A stretch of 64,000 bases of DNA from Spirochaetia bacterium (GCA_034520965.1 JAXHMY010000003.1:96001-160000), one strand, 5' to 3'; counted from the first letter of the stretch, positions 1-12,075 are shown. A program made the numbers and translations. The notes: a model not told the origin generated them from the letters alone.

Positions 1-590
1 CCAAGATCAATCCGCATACCCGGACGCTGCAGATATACCTGCGGCCCCTGTACCTGCTTACTATTTTCTACCGAACTCTGACCTCCCGGTATCAGCTCTA
101 CGTCCTTGTAGTTTACTTTCTGTAAGGCTGCCTCTATCTCCTCAGCTGAAGGGACGCTCTCTTCTCCTGATCCGATATCCCATAAGTTAACTAAAGGACC
201 AACAGTCAGATCGAAGATTCCCTCCCCTATCTCAGAGAAATCTTTTGCCCGGGCGATAAGTGTGAAGGTCTCCTCCGAGACTACCACCGGCTCCTGTCCG
301 GCGTTTCTATTAATCTTCGCCACCTCTGAATCTTCAGTATGAGCGCTCATCTTGTCTTCGATCTCCGTGGCGATCTCGAGCGCCGGAGCTAATTTATCCT
401 TGTACTCGCTTCCGTAAAGCTGTACTGAACAGGTGGTTCCCAGAGCAAAATCGGTCTCTGAAATGCGTTCCGGACTGCTCTGCCGGCAGCTGGAAAAAGC
501 TAAAATAAAAAGAGCGGAAAGCAGAAGCCCTCCAAGCACTTTTAGTCGAATGAACTTGTGGGTAGTGCTGGATGAATCAAATATTATCAT
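1..590 (-). CDS. apbE: FAD:protein FMN transferase lipoprotein (5' part; runs off window start)
   Basis: Not in ORF track. Manual minus-strand translation from ATG 590: MIIFDSS...LFILAFSSC (lipobox) RQSSPERISETDFALGTTCSVQLYG...GIFDLTVGPLVNLW...QRPGMRIDL, typical of ApbE. Confidence 0.85.
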   Translation of the reverse strand, partial: MIIFDSSSTTHKFIRLKVLGGLLLSALFILAFSSCRQSSPERISETDFALGTTCSVQLYGSEYKDKLAPALEIATEIEDKMSAHTEDSEVAKINRNAGQEPVVVSEETFTLIARAKDFSEIGEGIFDLTVGPLVNLWDIGSGEESVPSAEEIEAALQKVNYKDVELIPGGQSSVENSKQVQGPQVYLQRPGMRIDL

Positions 591-823
591 AGTAGACTTT
601 TCCTCGGGTATATGTATATTAAGCCTTAAAAAAAACACCACACAGAAGGTGTTTTCAAAGGGCTGAACCTGAGTAAAATATACAACAATCAGATTTATTA
701 TCCAAGAGGAAAGCTACAATCGTGGGCACTCAAGGGTAATTCAAATTTTGAATTCCTGTTTACAAAGAAACTCACTTGACATAATTGCCATTTTTTAGTA
801 TCTATATTCATACAGTTAGCCCC

Positions 824-895
<72 letters not shown>

Positions 896-906
896 CTTTT
901 TATTTT

Positions 907-943
907 GCCCTAAATACTTAGTTTTAAGCATTTAGGGCTTTTT
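907..943 (+). terminator. Rho-independent terminator after tRNA-Gly
   Basis: GCCCTAAAT...ATTTAGGGC stem followed by T-run. Confidence 0.75.
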
Positions 944-1016
944 CATGTGCATTGCTGTTTTTACGCAGAGGCGCTTGTCCTTTTGTTAAGTTTATATTAA
1001 ATTGCCATGAGAAATT

Positions 1017-2684
1017 ATGGTATTACAACTTTTTGAATTGATCGGCAGTTTGGGTCTGTTTTTATACGGCATGCGCACCATGAGCGACGGCATTCAGAAG
1101 GCTGCCGGCGATAAGTTGCAATCTATTTTGGGCTTTATGACAGGCAACCGTTTTGCAGGTGTAGTAACCGGCTTTGGGATGACAGCCATAGTGCAGTCTT
1201 CATCCGCCACCACCGTGATGGTCGTTAGTTTCGTAAATGCAGGGCTGCTTTCATTAGTTCAGGCCATCGGCGTCATTATGGGTGCGAATATCGGCACCAC
1301 TGTAACCGGATGGATAGTGGCAATCCTTGGCTTTAAGTTCGATATTTCGGCAATCGCTTTACCGGCCATTGGTATTGGCCTCCCACTAATATTCTGGAAA
1401 AGAATCAAGAAAAGCGAATGGGGTGAAACCCTCGTCGGGTTCGGACTCCTGTTCCTAGGCCTCTCCTTTTTAAAAGCATCCGTACCTGAAATCGATGCTC
1501 ATCCCGAATCCTTTCAATTTGTGGTGAACCTCACCGGTTACGGGCTGCTGTCACGTTTTCTGTTTATATTAATCGGGGCCGGTTTAACGGTATTACTGCA
1601 GTCTTCCAGTGCCTCAATGGCCATTACCCTGACCATGGCATTTTCCGGCTGGATTGATTTTCCAAACGCAGCCGCTATGGTATTGGGTGAAAACATTGGA
1701 ACCACCATTACTGCCATGATCGCATCGTTAGGAACTGATGTGCATGCCCGGCGTGCCGCCCTGGCCCATTTAATGTTTAATATACTCGGGATTATCTGGA
1801 TTCAAATACTGTTCTTTCCAATCATCGCTTTAGTTGATAGCTTAGTTCCCGGCTCTATAGACTCAAAAGCCGGCATCACCGCTCATTTGGCAATGTTTCA
1901 TACTACTTTCAATGTTATTAATACTCTGTTTTTTATCAATTTTGTAAATTGGCTCGAGCGCATAGTTAAGCTGCTTATACCACTTCCACCCGCGGAAAAA
2001 GCTCAACCCCATGAGTATCACTTAGAATATATCTCCTATTCCATGCAGGACACACCGGAGCTCAATCTATTAACCGCCAAAGCAGAAATTTTAAAAATGG
2101 CCAAAATAACCGAGCAGATGTACTCCTCCTTCGTATATGTGTTTAATAACCCCACTAAAAAGTTAAAGGATGAAGTTGAGGAGCTCGCCTCTAAAGAGGA
2201 GCTTACCGACCGCATGCAGGAAGAGTTATCACGTTTTCTTGCACACCTGTCAATGGAAAACCTTAAGGCCAGCAGTGCGGAGAATGTAAATCACCTTATG
2301 CGAATCGTACACGAGCTTGAAAGCATAGGCGACAGCTGCTTTAATCTGCTTATTTTATCAAAACGCAGATATGACAAGGAACTTTTTATTCCGGATTCCG
2401 GGCTTGACGGGCTGCGCCCTTATTTAGAAACGGTCCACAGCTACCTTGGTTTCATCATTAAGCATATGAATAAACACCTGAGCTCGCAAGAAATGGAACA
2501 GGCAATTGCTCTGGAGAACCAGGTAGACGGCTATCGCAATACTCTGCAAAAAGCAGCCCGTCACAGAATAAAAGAGGGCTCGGATGTAAAAGCGGAACTT
2601 CTTTACATGGACATGGTTCGACATATAGAGAAAATCGGAGACCATCTACTTAACATCGCCCAGGCCTTGCGAGAAATTCGCTAA
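1017..2684 (+). CDS. Na/Pi cotransporter (NptA/PNaS family) with C-terminal PhoU-like domains
   Basis: QSSSATT and GANIGTT repeated motifs, hydrophobic N-half, helical C-terminus with ELESIGD / IEKIGD. Confidence 0.9.
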   Translation: MVLQLFELIGSLGLFLYGMRTMSDGIQKAAGDKLQSILGFMTGNRFAGVVTGFGMTAIVQSSSATTVMVVSFVNAGLLSLVQAIGVIMGANIGTTVTGWIVAILGFKFDISAIALPAIGIGLPLIFWKRIKKSEWGETLVGFGLLFLGLSFLKASVPEIDAHPESFQFVVNLTGYGLLSRFLFILIGAGLTVLLQSSSASMAITLTMAFSGWIDFPNAAAMVLGENIGTTITAMIASLGTDVHARRAALAHLMFNILGIIWIQILFFPIIALVDSLVPGSIDSKAGITAHLAMFHTTFNVINTLFFINFVNWLERIVKLLIPLPPAEKAQPHEYHLEYISYSMQDTPELNLLTAKAEILKMAKITEQMYSSFVYVFNNPTKKLKDEVEELASKEELTDRMQEELSRFLAHLSMENLKASSAENVNHLMRIVHELESIGDSCFNLLILSKRRYDKELFIPDSGLDGLRPYLETVHSYLGFIIKHMNKHLSSQEMEQAIALENQVDGYRNTLQKAARHRIKEGSDVKAELLYMDMVRHIEKIGDHLLNIAQALREIR

Positions 2685-2718
2685 GCCCTCAGCCTTTGGT
2701 ACACATGTCCTTTCACTT

Positions 2719-3564
2719 TTAAGGCGATCCGAAATGTCTTATCGGAAAAGGCTTTGTATCTGATCCTGCGTACAGGGTTATATGCTGGAAGGGTATTTCG
2801 ATTCCTGCCCTTTCGAAGCTGTGTTTTATATCTTCAAAGACGCTGTTTTTTACATTTACATAGTCACTTTTTTCAAACCATACGGCAAATAGTATTTCAA
2901 TCCCCGAAGCTCCAAACTCTTTATACAGAAAAAAAGGTTCAGGCTCGTCTAGACATAATGGATTGGCTTGAGCTGCGTTCAACAACAGCTGCTTTACTCT
3001 TGGCAAGCTCTCTTTATAGGCAACCTGTATCTTAAAATCCATTCTCCGGATAGGAAAGCGGGTAATATTTGTTATTTCGGTAGATATTAGCGAATCATTC
3101 GGTATTCGTATGAGAGTATTATCAAAGGTTCTCAGCTTAATCGACAGCAGATCGAGGGAGTGGACCACCCCCGTTTTAGTCCCAATACTAATTACGTCGC
3201 CTACCTCAAAGGTTTTATCCGACATCAAGAAAAACCCGCTGATAATATTACCTAAACTCTTCTGCGATGCAATACCGACTGCAATTCCAACTACTCCGGC
3301 GGCTCCCAGCAGAGCCGATAAACGTAATCCGAGCTCACTTAAAACCAGCAGAGTAATCAAGGCCCATCCGCCGTAGGTTACAATTTTATGAAAAATGGCC
3401 TTAGCCTGTTCGGATGCATTCCTGGTTAGTGTGCGGCGGACAAAAAAATTCACTACCCTCACAAGCAGAAAACCTACCACTACTACAAGTACAATTTGGA
3501 GAGCTTCATGCAGAACCGCAGCAGTAAAATAGCGCGAAAAGAAATCGTTTTCAAATAAATCCAT
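2719..3564 (-). CDS. Small-conductance mechanosensitive channel (MscS family)
   Basis: LGAAGVVGIAVGIASQKSLGNIISG, FEVGDVI, IRIPN, GIEIPF motifs. Confidence 0.9.
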   Translation of the reverse strand: MDLFENDFFSRYFTAAVLHEALQIVLVVVVGFLLVRVVNFFVRRTLTRNASEQAKAIFHKIVTYGGWALITLLVLSELGLRLSALLGAAGVVGIAVGIASQKSLGNIISGFFLMSDKTFEVGDVISIGTKTGVVHSLDLLSIKLRTFDNTLIRIPNDSLISTEITNITRFPIRRMDFKIQVAYKESLPRVKQLLLNAAQANPLCLDEPEPFFLYKEFGASGIEILFAVWFEKSDYVNVKNSVFEDIKHSFERAGIEIPFQHITLYAGSDTKPFPIRHFGSP

Positions 3565-3576
3565 TATCGGCTGCTC

Positions 3577-4300
3577 CTACATATCCGTCAGTGATTTAAT
3601 AAAAGAAAAGCTTTTCTTCAGCAGACTTTTGGTAGGATGTTCCCGAGGCCCCTTGAGTTTTGTAAGTCCGCTGCTCCACTTGGGTCCGCGAGCCGAGTAT
3701 TTGACCTGGCTTATTTTATCCACCCCGATAAATTTTACATATACTTCGTTGGTATACAATGAATGGCCGTCTGAGAAAAGAGAAAGATGCTCTACATGGA
3801 CCGCCATACGCTGAAAATCGAGGAGTAAATTAGAAGCATTATGAATATTCAAGGTACATACAGCCGAATGAGGCGACAGCGCAACCGCAGGGCGGCTCTC
3901 CAGTAAATCACGCTCCAGGGCATAACACAATTCTCCATTCTGCATTTCACCAAACCACGTCGATGAAAGGACTTCGCTGGGAAGTTCACAAAGCTTATTC
4001 TGTTCCTCCCCGTGGCCCGAATAGAAGAGCAGCCATACGGGAATAAAAAAGAGTAACTGCGTTTTACACCCAGGCTGAATATGGCGTCTCACCTGCGGCT
4101 TTAAGACTAAAGGCCGGTTAGGCATGGCCGGCAGTATGGTAATTTCCTGGATAGATCCGCCGGCATACCAATCCCATTCAATACTGCTATCAGAGGCTTC
4201 CTGCTCAGCAGACAGTTCAACCCATTCGCAGATTTATTCCTTGTGCGCGCAAGCGCGGCGCGGCGATTCCGGCTTCGCCTTTATTCCTGTTTTACCCATA
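3577..4300 (-). CDS. DUF432-like hypothetical protein; 5' part apparently frameshifted
   Basis: ORF 3577..4125 with MPNRPLVLKP, LSSTWFG...GELCY, LYTNEV resembles DUF432 proteins often adjacent to mscS; upstream extent is an estimate. Confidence 0.5.
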
Positions 4301-4405
4301 ACTGCAATGTTCTACGATGCGCCGGTCATCCCATGTCCTGAATCAGTCTGCAGTACCGTTGCTGCTCTTTTATGCGCTTTTTGCCAGCGCGTGCTGCTTC
4401 CACGT

Positions 4406-5819
4406 TTATTTGTTTATTAAAGGCAACTCCAGCACTAAGCGAGCTCCCGGCAGAACCTTCGGTTCTTCAAAATCGCTTTTGCCCACCGTGTCTTCAGCGC
4501 CTCTATCATAGCTGCGTTAATCGCAAAACAAAACCACGCTGTAGGTTGCCGCCGGTCCTGCTGTATGCGATAAAAGCGCTCAAATCTTCACGTTCTTCGA
4601 CGGTTGTTACACGCACCTGCTACCGGGACGCTTTATGTGCATTCGTATGCCAAAAGTTTGTGGTATGACCCCATCCTGGGTCTGTTGTTTTACTGCATTC
4701 TTCAGTACATTAGTTATAACCTGTCTAAGTTTATCTCTATCAGCGTATACCTCTACAGGCCTCTCAGGAGTTTTAAACTGTAATTCTATATTTTTTGCAG
4801 CAGCCCTAGTTTTGAAGTTTTCTACGACCGAATGCAACAATTCAGCTATGTCTACCACCGAAAAATTATACATAGTCGATGCTGATTCTGCGTGAGATAG
4901 TTCCTGTAGCTCCTGAACTAATCGTTTAAGAAGCAGGGTTTCACCGTAAAGCCCGTTTATTCGTTCCAGATTCAGTGGATACACCCCCTCCAGCATCATT
5001 TCAAGATTTCCCTGAAGGACGCTCACAGGTGTTCGCAATTCATGTGCAGAATCTGCTGGATTTCCTTTCATTGATAGGGCGGCGGATCATTTCGCGCGGC
5101 ATATGACTGGACTGGGATGATGCCCGGGTCATTAGACCTGGTGGTATCGATTGGCAAGCTGTAGCGCCCCACAGCTATTCCCCGGGCAGCTTCAGACAGC
5201 TGATGCAGGGGATACGTAATGTGACGCCGCATCAAAAAAATACCGGCCAGAGGAAAGACAATCCCTACAATAAGTGAGGCCATAAGTATGGAGCGATACA
5301 CATTCATCAGAAAAGCCTGCTGAAATGGGCCGAAAGCCGGTTCAATCATCGACCCCGCGATCGTCCGCCTAAGCGCGTCGGATGGGCTATTGCCTTATCA
5401 AGGGCACGCTAACCAGAGTGTTGCAGGAAGCTCCTGCTCGAAGGTGTGTGCGATAACCCCGCCTTGCGCTCCGGCCAGCAGAACCCTGAATAACGGGCCT
5501 CGTTCGGAACCGCGGGGAAACCGCGAGCCCATCTGCCCCATGTGTCCCATCTGTCCCATTGGGCTCATTCCCGGCTGGGTGTTTCTACCTCGCTGGTCTA
5601 TGCTGTCAAAGGATTTTTTAGGTCTCCGCCTGCATCCATGGAGCCATATCCGCCATCGTAACTTCCAGCTTCCTGCCAATGATACAGCACTTTGATAGAC
5701 ATGGCGGAACAGTTGAGGAAGCCTGGGTATTTATGCTGATTGTACTGCGAAATTCCGGCACTCAAAACGCTGTGGCGCAGCAAGATCAATCCCAGTTTGT
5801 GGGCTAACCTCAACTTCAT
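4406..5819 (-). pseudogene. BaeS-like sensor histidine kinase, fragmented (frameshifts or sequence errors)
   Basis: Fragments: TM+HAMP (ITYPLHQLSEAARGIAVGRY), HisKA (AHELRTPVSVLQGNLE), HATPase N-box (DKLRQVITNVLKNAVK); ends LELPLINK* at 4406. Confidence 0.75.
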
Positions 5820-6540
5820 ACCAGCTCCGATTCTGGCCGGTTTATGCCGCCGCTGCCATCGGTTTCAGCGAAAATAAAAATGGGGTTTGAAGAATCAGGC
5901 TCCAGGGCTTTCCGAATATTTTTGATATGCACGTCTATTGTCCGCTCATACCCTTGAAGCATCATGTTATTACGCTTCGGCATCATGCGGGTAAATATTT
6001 TTCCTGGATACTGCGGCGTGCGTGAGATACTGATTGCCACTCCAGTGGTTGTAGAGATGCATCTCCACCGACGCCTACGTTTTTCAATATCCACTTGGAG
6101 CGGACCATGTTTTATCACTTTTTGCGAGTTTCCATCAGAAGCGTTACTCAGAGGCTTTGACCGGCGCAAGACAGTTCTAATCCTGGCGGCTAACTCTTTC
6201 ATGCTGAAGGGCTTTGTAATGTAATCATCTGCCCCTAGCTCAAGGCCTATTAGCTTGTCCTGCTCTTCGGCTCGCGCCGTAAGCAGTATCACTGGTATGT
6301 TAGACTCGGAGCGCACTTTCCTGACTACATCCAGCCCGTCGAGTCCCGGCATCATAACATCGAGCAGCACTAAATCAGGTTCCCGATCAGCAATCTGCAA
6401 GAGCGCAGCTCTTCCATCTGCTGCTGTTTCAACACTAAAACCAACCGCATCAAGGTAGTCGTACACCATGTTCGCAATTTTTTGTTCATCATGGACTATT
6501 CGTGATGTGTGGTTTTTTTTTTTTTTGCGGTTTTGAATCC
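5816..6540 (-). pseudogene. OmpR-family response regulator, disrupted at 5' end and in the DNA-binding domain
   Basis: DLVLLDVMMPGLDG, GADDYITKPFS, ERTIDVHIKNIRK; N-terminal DEQKIANMV lies upstream of ORF start next to an A14 run. Confidence 0.8.
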
Positions 6541-6553
6541 GACGCAGTGTTCC

Positions 6554-6851
6554 TTACCTTAGATCATCAAAGAGGCTGTCGAACTCCTGTGCGCTGTGTG
6601 TCCGGGTTCTGTTTTTGAGGGGTGCTGCGCTTATGAGCCGCAAGTCGAAAGTAGTCGCAAAAATTAGCCCTGTCTTTATCCCGTACTGCTTCGGGAATTG
6701 TTTCGTGGCGGTCGAGTGGCTTCCGGGGGAGTGGAGGAACTCGCAAATTGAGGCGATATTTTCAGATCTTTGCCGCACTGCGGACACGCACGCTGCCGGC
6801 GATCTGACGGGGGGCTGAAATAGCTTCTCCGCAAAAGTTACAATTTCCCAT
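6554..6851 (-). CDS. Small Cys-rich (zinc-ribbon-like) hypothetical protein, frameshifted
   Basis: Stitching frames gives MGNCNFCGEAI...CPQCGKDLKI..CEF..PGSH..CHETIPEAVRDKDRANFCDYF...EFDSLFDD; ATG overlaps upstream stop (TAATG). Confidence 0.55.
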
Positions 6852-7157
6852 TAGGCAAATATATTTATGTTCCTTCCTCTGTATTCTTCAGGTTGAGGGC
6901 GTTCCCTCGCCCGCTCTTGTTGCTCAGGCGCAGGCTCCCAGGCGTTTCGCTCACGTTCAACACGTTCTTGTTCGCTGGCACGTCCTCTCACCGAGCCTAG
7001 CGTTCCTCGCTGCTCTTTCTGCTTCGCGACGCATTCTTTCCTCTCGCCGCACCTCTGCACGTCGTTGTTCGGCTTGTCGGCTGGCTGCATCGGAGGCCAT
7101 GCGTGCTTGATCATCATCATCGGATCCGCCTCCTGCTTTAACATGTACACGAATCAT
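6851..7157 (-). CDS. Hypothetical charged/coiled-coil protein, frameshifted
   Basis: Overlapping ORFs 6957..7157 and 6851..7150, E/R-rich, ends EEYRGRNINIFA. Confidence 0.4.
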
Positions 7158-7199
7158 CCCAGCAGAAGTCCATATTTATGCCATCGTTTGTAGCGTTAA

Positions 7200-7755
7200 T
7201 TATGCTCGCTTACTTTGCCCCATTATCCTGGTAGTCAATATGGCATCGGCATCCAGGATAAGCAAATCCATAGATCATCCAGCTCTTTTCCCGCAAAGTA
7301 GTGATCGACCTCTTCAGGAATTATGCCTCGTTTATCCTTTCGTTTGTTATGCAGTACCGCCACGGCTATTTCTCTTGGTTTATGCTTTAATAGCTCACGA
7401 AGACAATATTCCAGGGTTGCCCTGGATAATTGAGCTCATCAACTAGAAGAATCTTTTTTCCTTCCAGTTTTTGTTCAATCTCATCAATCCATTGGATTTT
7501 CTGCGGGGCATCTTTGGGATTGTTTTCACGATCATAATAAGATATCCCCACCGTATAAACCGGTTTCTCGATAAAAGTTTTAAGGATTCTGGCGGGAATG
7601 AAGCCCCCGGTACCAATTGCAACGATAAGCTGGGGATCATAACCCGAACTCTTTATCTGCTGAGATAAGGATCTCACCGTTTTATGTATGTCATTGTATG
7701 AAAAATAGAGTTTAGCTGGTTCAGCCAGTATCACCCTTATCCATAGGGAGAACAT
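7200..7755 (-). pseudogene. Purine phosphoribosyltransferase (type I PRTase), frameshifted
   Basis: IVAIGTGGFIPARIL and PRPP-loop KILLVDE; C-terminus continues out of frame to ~7200. Confidence 0.75.
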
Positions 7756-8908
7756 CTTGGACCAGCTGTGTAATGAACACTTCTAGTGATTTCTGCTTGC
7801 AGTCCCTCTCTTTTAACAAGATCTGAAAGCTGCCGTCGGCAAACTCTACTATCATTGTGGGTAGTCGAATCAGACAGTCAAGATGAATAAGCGCAGGTGC
7901 ATCATTATCATAATTCGAACCTATGGCAATATGGCACGTATTGTAGGCCTTTTCATCCTCCAGCATATGCCCTGTGATCGTACCGGACGGGTTTAGTCCT
8001 ATACCAAGTTCTTCCGGTACACGCTGCTTGTGTCCGCCTCCGGGCCAACTTTCCTGCTCTTCAAACAGCAGAGCCTTCTTTTCACCGTAATCAATTGTGT
8101 GTTTTAAAAGACGGGCCTCTTCTCCACCCTTGACTTCAGTAACCAATCCTTGCTCCACCTGCACCACTACCGGTTCCTTGACTATTCTATCTCCATCGTG
8201 GAGTGATACACTGCCGTCGAAGACAATAACTCCTTCAGAATTTCCAAGTTCCGGGCTGATAAAGGTCTCACCGGCCGGTCAAATTTTCCGCCCGCCCCCT
8301 TGAAGGTCGCGGTTCCGAGTGATCTCCCGCATCGCCGTGCTGGCCTGCTGGCACCCCGATTTCTTGCGTCTGTTCCCCCGGGTGAGGTTATATGTACATA
8401 CTCAGCCCGATCGAGCAGGTCTTTCACCACCTTTACCTCTTTTACCAGACGTTCATAATCGATGGGTACTGTCCGAATAAACATGTCTTCGGTTGCCATG
8501 GGCGACCAAAAGGCCCTGCAACTGCTGTTTTATGCCATGGATGATGAAGACACATGCTCGTGCGACTTTCCCTCATGACTGTAAGGTTTTCGATTCTATC
8601 AGTCGACTTTGCCGAGCTTTTGTGCGCTCATTGAGATAAACACATCCGGCACGGAAGCAATTGCCTGTATCACCGCATCATCAGCAAAATCAAGCTGTGT
8701 CTTGACCGGCTGAACCAGCAGGAGCGGAATACCTCCAACTTCATTGTAACGGCATTGTGAAGGGCCATAGCAATTCGAAGGGTCTCGAGCGGGGGGTTTG
8801 TAACAATAAGCACCCGCTCACCGGGTTTCACATCCAGACACGCTCTGACAGCCACTTCACGGCCGCTTCATGCAATTTGTCTAATTTTTCTACTTGTATT
8901 GTGTCCAT
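7721..8908 (-). pseudogene. M29-family (aminopeptidase T/AmpS-like) metallopeptidase, fragmented
   Basis: CLDVKPGERVLIVT, VHITSPGGTD, ELGIGLNP, EDEKAYNTCHIAIGSN, HLDC across ORFs 8670..8855, 8182..8499, 7721..8167. Confidence 0.8.
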
Positions 8909-8992
8909 GCCCTATAGTATGAGATCAGAAAGATAGGGTCAATTCAATTACGTCTTGCCAGTTTCGAGCCTGCCCCACAGCGACATGCGAAA

Positions 8993-9788
8993 CTATTTTA
9001 CATTATCAAGTTCACGCTGCATCTCTGCCTGTAAGCTACGATAGATAAAGCTTGAAATTCGCTGTTTTGCATCGGTAGAAATAAACCTGTTGAACAGAAC
9101 AACATACATTTTTTGCCCCTGGTCTTCCCGCATACCGACATACTATTCCATCTTACCATGACGATCTGTACCGCAGCTTTAATTGAATTTGAGATAACTC
9201 GGTTTTAGGGGGAAGATCAACACTTTTATTAAAATAAACCGCCATGCCGGCAGAGCTTATGTCCTTAATTGTTCCTTCATACATGGAACCGGCCACTTGT
9301 ACGTTAAATTCCGTGGCTATGCCCTTGGGACAGTATGCACGGACAAACTTCCTTTTTCCCTTTGCCTCATTGGCCATCAGGGTTTTTAGAATTTTTCTAG
9401 TGCTCTCTTTTAGCCCTAATTTCAGCTGGATATACCCACCCGGCACCATCTGGTCCATCAGATATTTCCGGGCCAGTTCCTTATCTTCGTTGTAGGTCAA
9501 ACGCAATTCCGTATTCGGATCCCTTGGTTTGTCTTCATTGTGCAGTAATTTGAGCGTACATGCTTGTCTCCATCCGCTCTCCTTCGGAAACGCTCCATAT
9601 CAATGTTTTATGAACAGTATCGAGTTATTGTATTTCCTAAGCAGCGGCAGGAGTTTACGATGGTCATTGATAAGATATACCTCAAACTCATTCTGAATTA
9701 TGTGAGTTATCAGCTCCTCCTGAATGACACTATGCGGATACAAGAAGAACACCTTTTTACCAAACTGCTCCATCTGAGAATTATTCAT
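8993..9788 (-). pseudogene. PilZ-domain (c-di-GMP receptor) protein, frameshifted
   Basis: RKFVR (RxxxR) and DISSAG (DxSxxG) motifs; N-terminal ORF 9600..9788; C-terminus ...FIYRSLQAEMQRELDNVK* at 8993. Confidence 0.75.
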
Positions 9789-9811
9789 CGCTTTTACTCC
9801 ACATACTAAGC

Positions 9812-12075
9812 TTATACAAAATCAGTCTCGTAATTAAAAGTACTCACTGTTTTCTCATTTTTTGAACTGTGGCGATAATCGTAGAACTCATCAAAAGTTT
9901 CTAACTTCGGCAGGCTGAGAACTTCATAGGGGAAAATATAGGTCAAATGGTCTGCTTTCGAATAATGCACATAAAACTTACGCCCCCGCGGGTCGGAAAT
10001 TTCACCCTCTGCATCTACCTTCGCCCGGGTAGCCAATATCGACGGCCTCCCATAACGATACAGCTCAACATCGAAGGGAGAACTCTGCTGTAAGTCTAGT
10101 AATCCTTCGCGATCCAACTCTACCCATGCCTGGACTCGGTTGACTCCCATTCTCTGAAGCTCATAGGCTGTCTGTCCGTTGGTGACCGGCAGAGGAAACC
10201 CAGTTACTATTTTCAAATCTTTATACGTTTTAAAAAGCTCCAGCTGGTATAAGTCGGTTACTCTGAAACGCCGGATGCCTGCCTTAACGGCCTCTTCAAT
10301 TTTTCCGGTTATCATTTCAAGTACCCCTTCAGGACAGAAATGGGGCAGTTCTACCTCCTGGGTCTGTTTTGAATAGGAGTACAGGCTGTCGACTTGAATG
10401 CTGGAGGTTCCGGCTTTTTGTCCACGCTTTGCGGCACAGCTGATTTCTCTTCGTTTCGACTGTGACATGTGCGGTCGTTTTGATAACTCGGCTTTTATGC
10501 GGCTCAACTGCAGGGATTTTACTTCTTCAAAATCAGTCTGCTGAATTCGCGGCTCAATAGAGCTCCAAAATTCACGACGGAGCTTTTTCAAAAGGCTTGG
10601 GGGCATAAACAGCCCCTCTTCGCATTCGACATCCACATTGCTCACGTAAAAGTCGTTCTCGCCGGTAGCTTCAAACACCCGCGCCACCTCTTGTGTGGCA
10701 ATTCCATGCTGCTTGGCATCCTCAGCGTTCTAGAGGGCCGACCACTCGAAGACTTCCTTTCGGTTTCTTTGGCAGAACCGCTCGCCCCTTCATCGACTTG
10801 AACCGATATCAAGTTACGCTGAATTTTAACCTTCAAGCTAAGGTGCGGAACTACCTTATACCAGGTAAAGCTTCAGGATCCGGCCAGTTATTCTTTATGC
10901 TTTGCGAGACTTTGTAGACCTTTGAACCGCGAGGGATCTCACGGTCGAAGGGAAGGTACCTCTCCATTTAAGGCGCTGCGTACTTGAGACCCTCTCTGTT
11001 CAATAGTACGGACGGTAAATCCTGAACTTTCTTCTCCGCCGGGACCCTGAAACCGCAAGCGGTCACCCACATGCAGTTTTCGCTGCAGCTCAAGCTTTAC
11101 GCGTCCCTTGCGAATATCCTGTACGCTGCCGATAAGCAAGCCGCTTACTCCGATAAGCCCCGGTTGCAAAACCGTATCCATATCTTCCTTCGCTGCAAAT
11201 CCGTGGGACCACTTGCGTCCGAAGGAGCCCGACAGTACCTGTTTTGCCTGTCCCAGTACCTTTGTATGCTGATCCTCATCTGCATCAAGTACCATTCTGT
11301 ATGCTTTTACCACGCTCTGTACGTAACTGGGCTTTTTTAGCCGTCCCTCTATTTTTAGTGAGGCGACCCCCATTCTTTTCAGTTCCGGGATAAGATCAAG
11401 GGTATACAAATCCTGAGTAGAAAAATAAAAACCCGCCTGTTTGCCCCCCGCCCCCTCGGCGTAGTACCTGCGCCGGCAAGGCTGTTTACAGCGGCCGCGG
11501 TTTCCGCTCCAGCCGCCGATCCAGGATGAAAAAAGGCATTTGCCCGAGAGGGAGCAACACAAGGCACCGTGTATAAAAACCTCTATTTCTACTGCAGAAC
11601 GGGCTATAATCTGCTCCAGCTCATCCAGCGTAACTTGCCGCTCCAGAATTACCCGCTCAATTCCCATACCGACAGCTGCCGCCACTCCCGCACTGTTGTG
11701 TATACCCATTTGGGTGGAAGCATGCACCGGCATAGAAGGATAGTATTCTCGAAGCATTCCGGCTATCCCTAAATCCTGCACAATTACCCCATCCGGAGAG
11801 AATTGTGACATATGAAACAGCTGCTCCGCCGCCTCTTCAAGTTCATTTTGCTTAAGAAGGGTATTAAAGGTAAGATAAAACTTCTTATTATGCTTTTTTG
11901 CATAGGCTGAGAGTTTTGACATATCCTCAAAACTAAAGTTATCCGCCATTTCTCGGGCGTTATATTTGCCCAGGCCGCAGTATACCGCATCCGCACCGCT
12001 CACGTATGCCGAGAGGGCGGTTTCTAGATTTCCCGCCGGCGCCAGCAGCTCAGGTGTATGTATAAAATTATTCAT
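9812..12075 (-). CDS. Peptidase U32 family protein (RlhA/TrhP-like RNA hydroxylation), split by frameshifts near 10690-10950
   Basis: ELLAPAG, HASTQ, HGALC..SG.C, NRGRCKQPCRR, SLKIEGR; C-terminal part in ORF 9812..10687. Confidence 0.85.
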
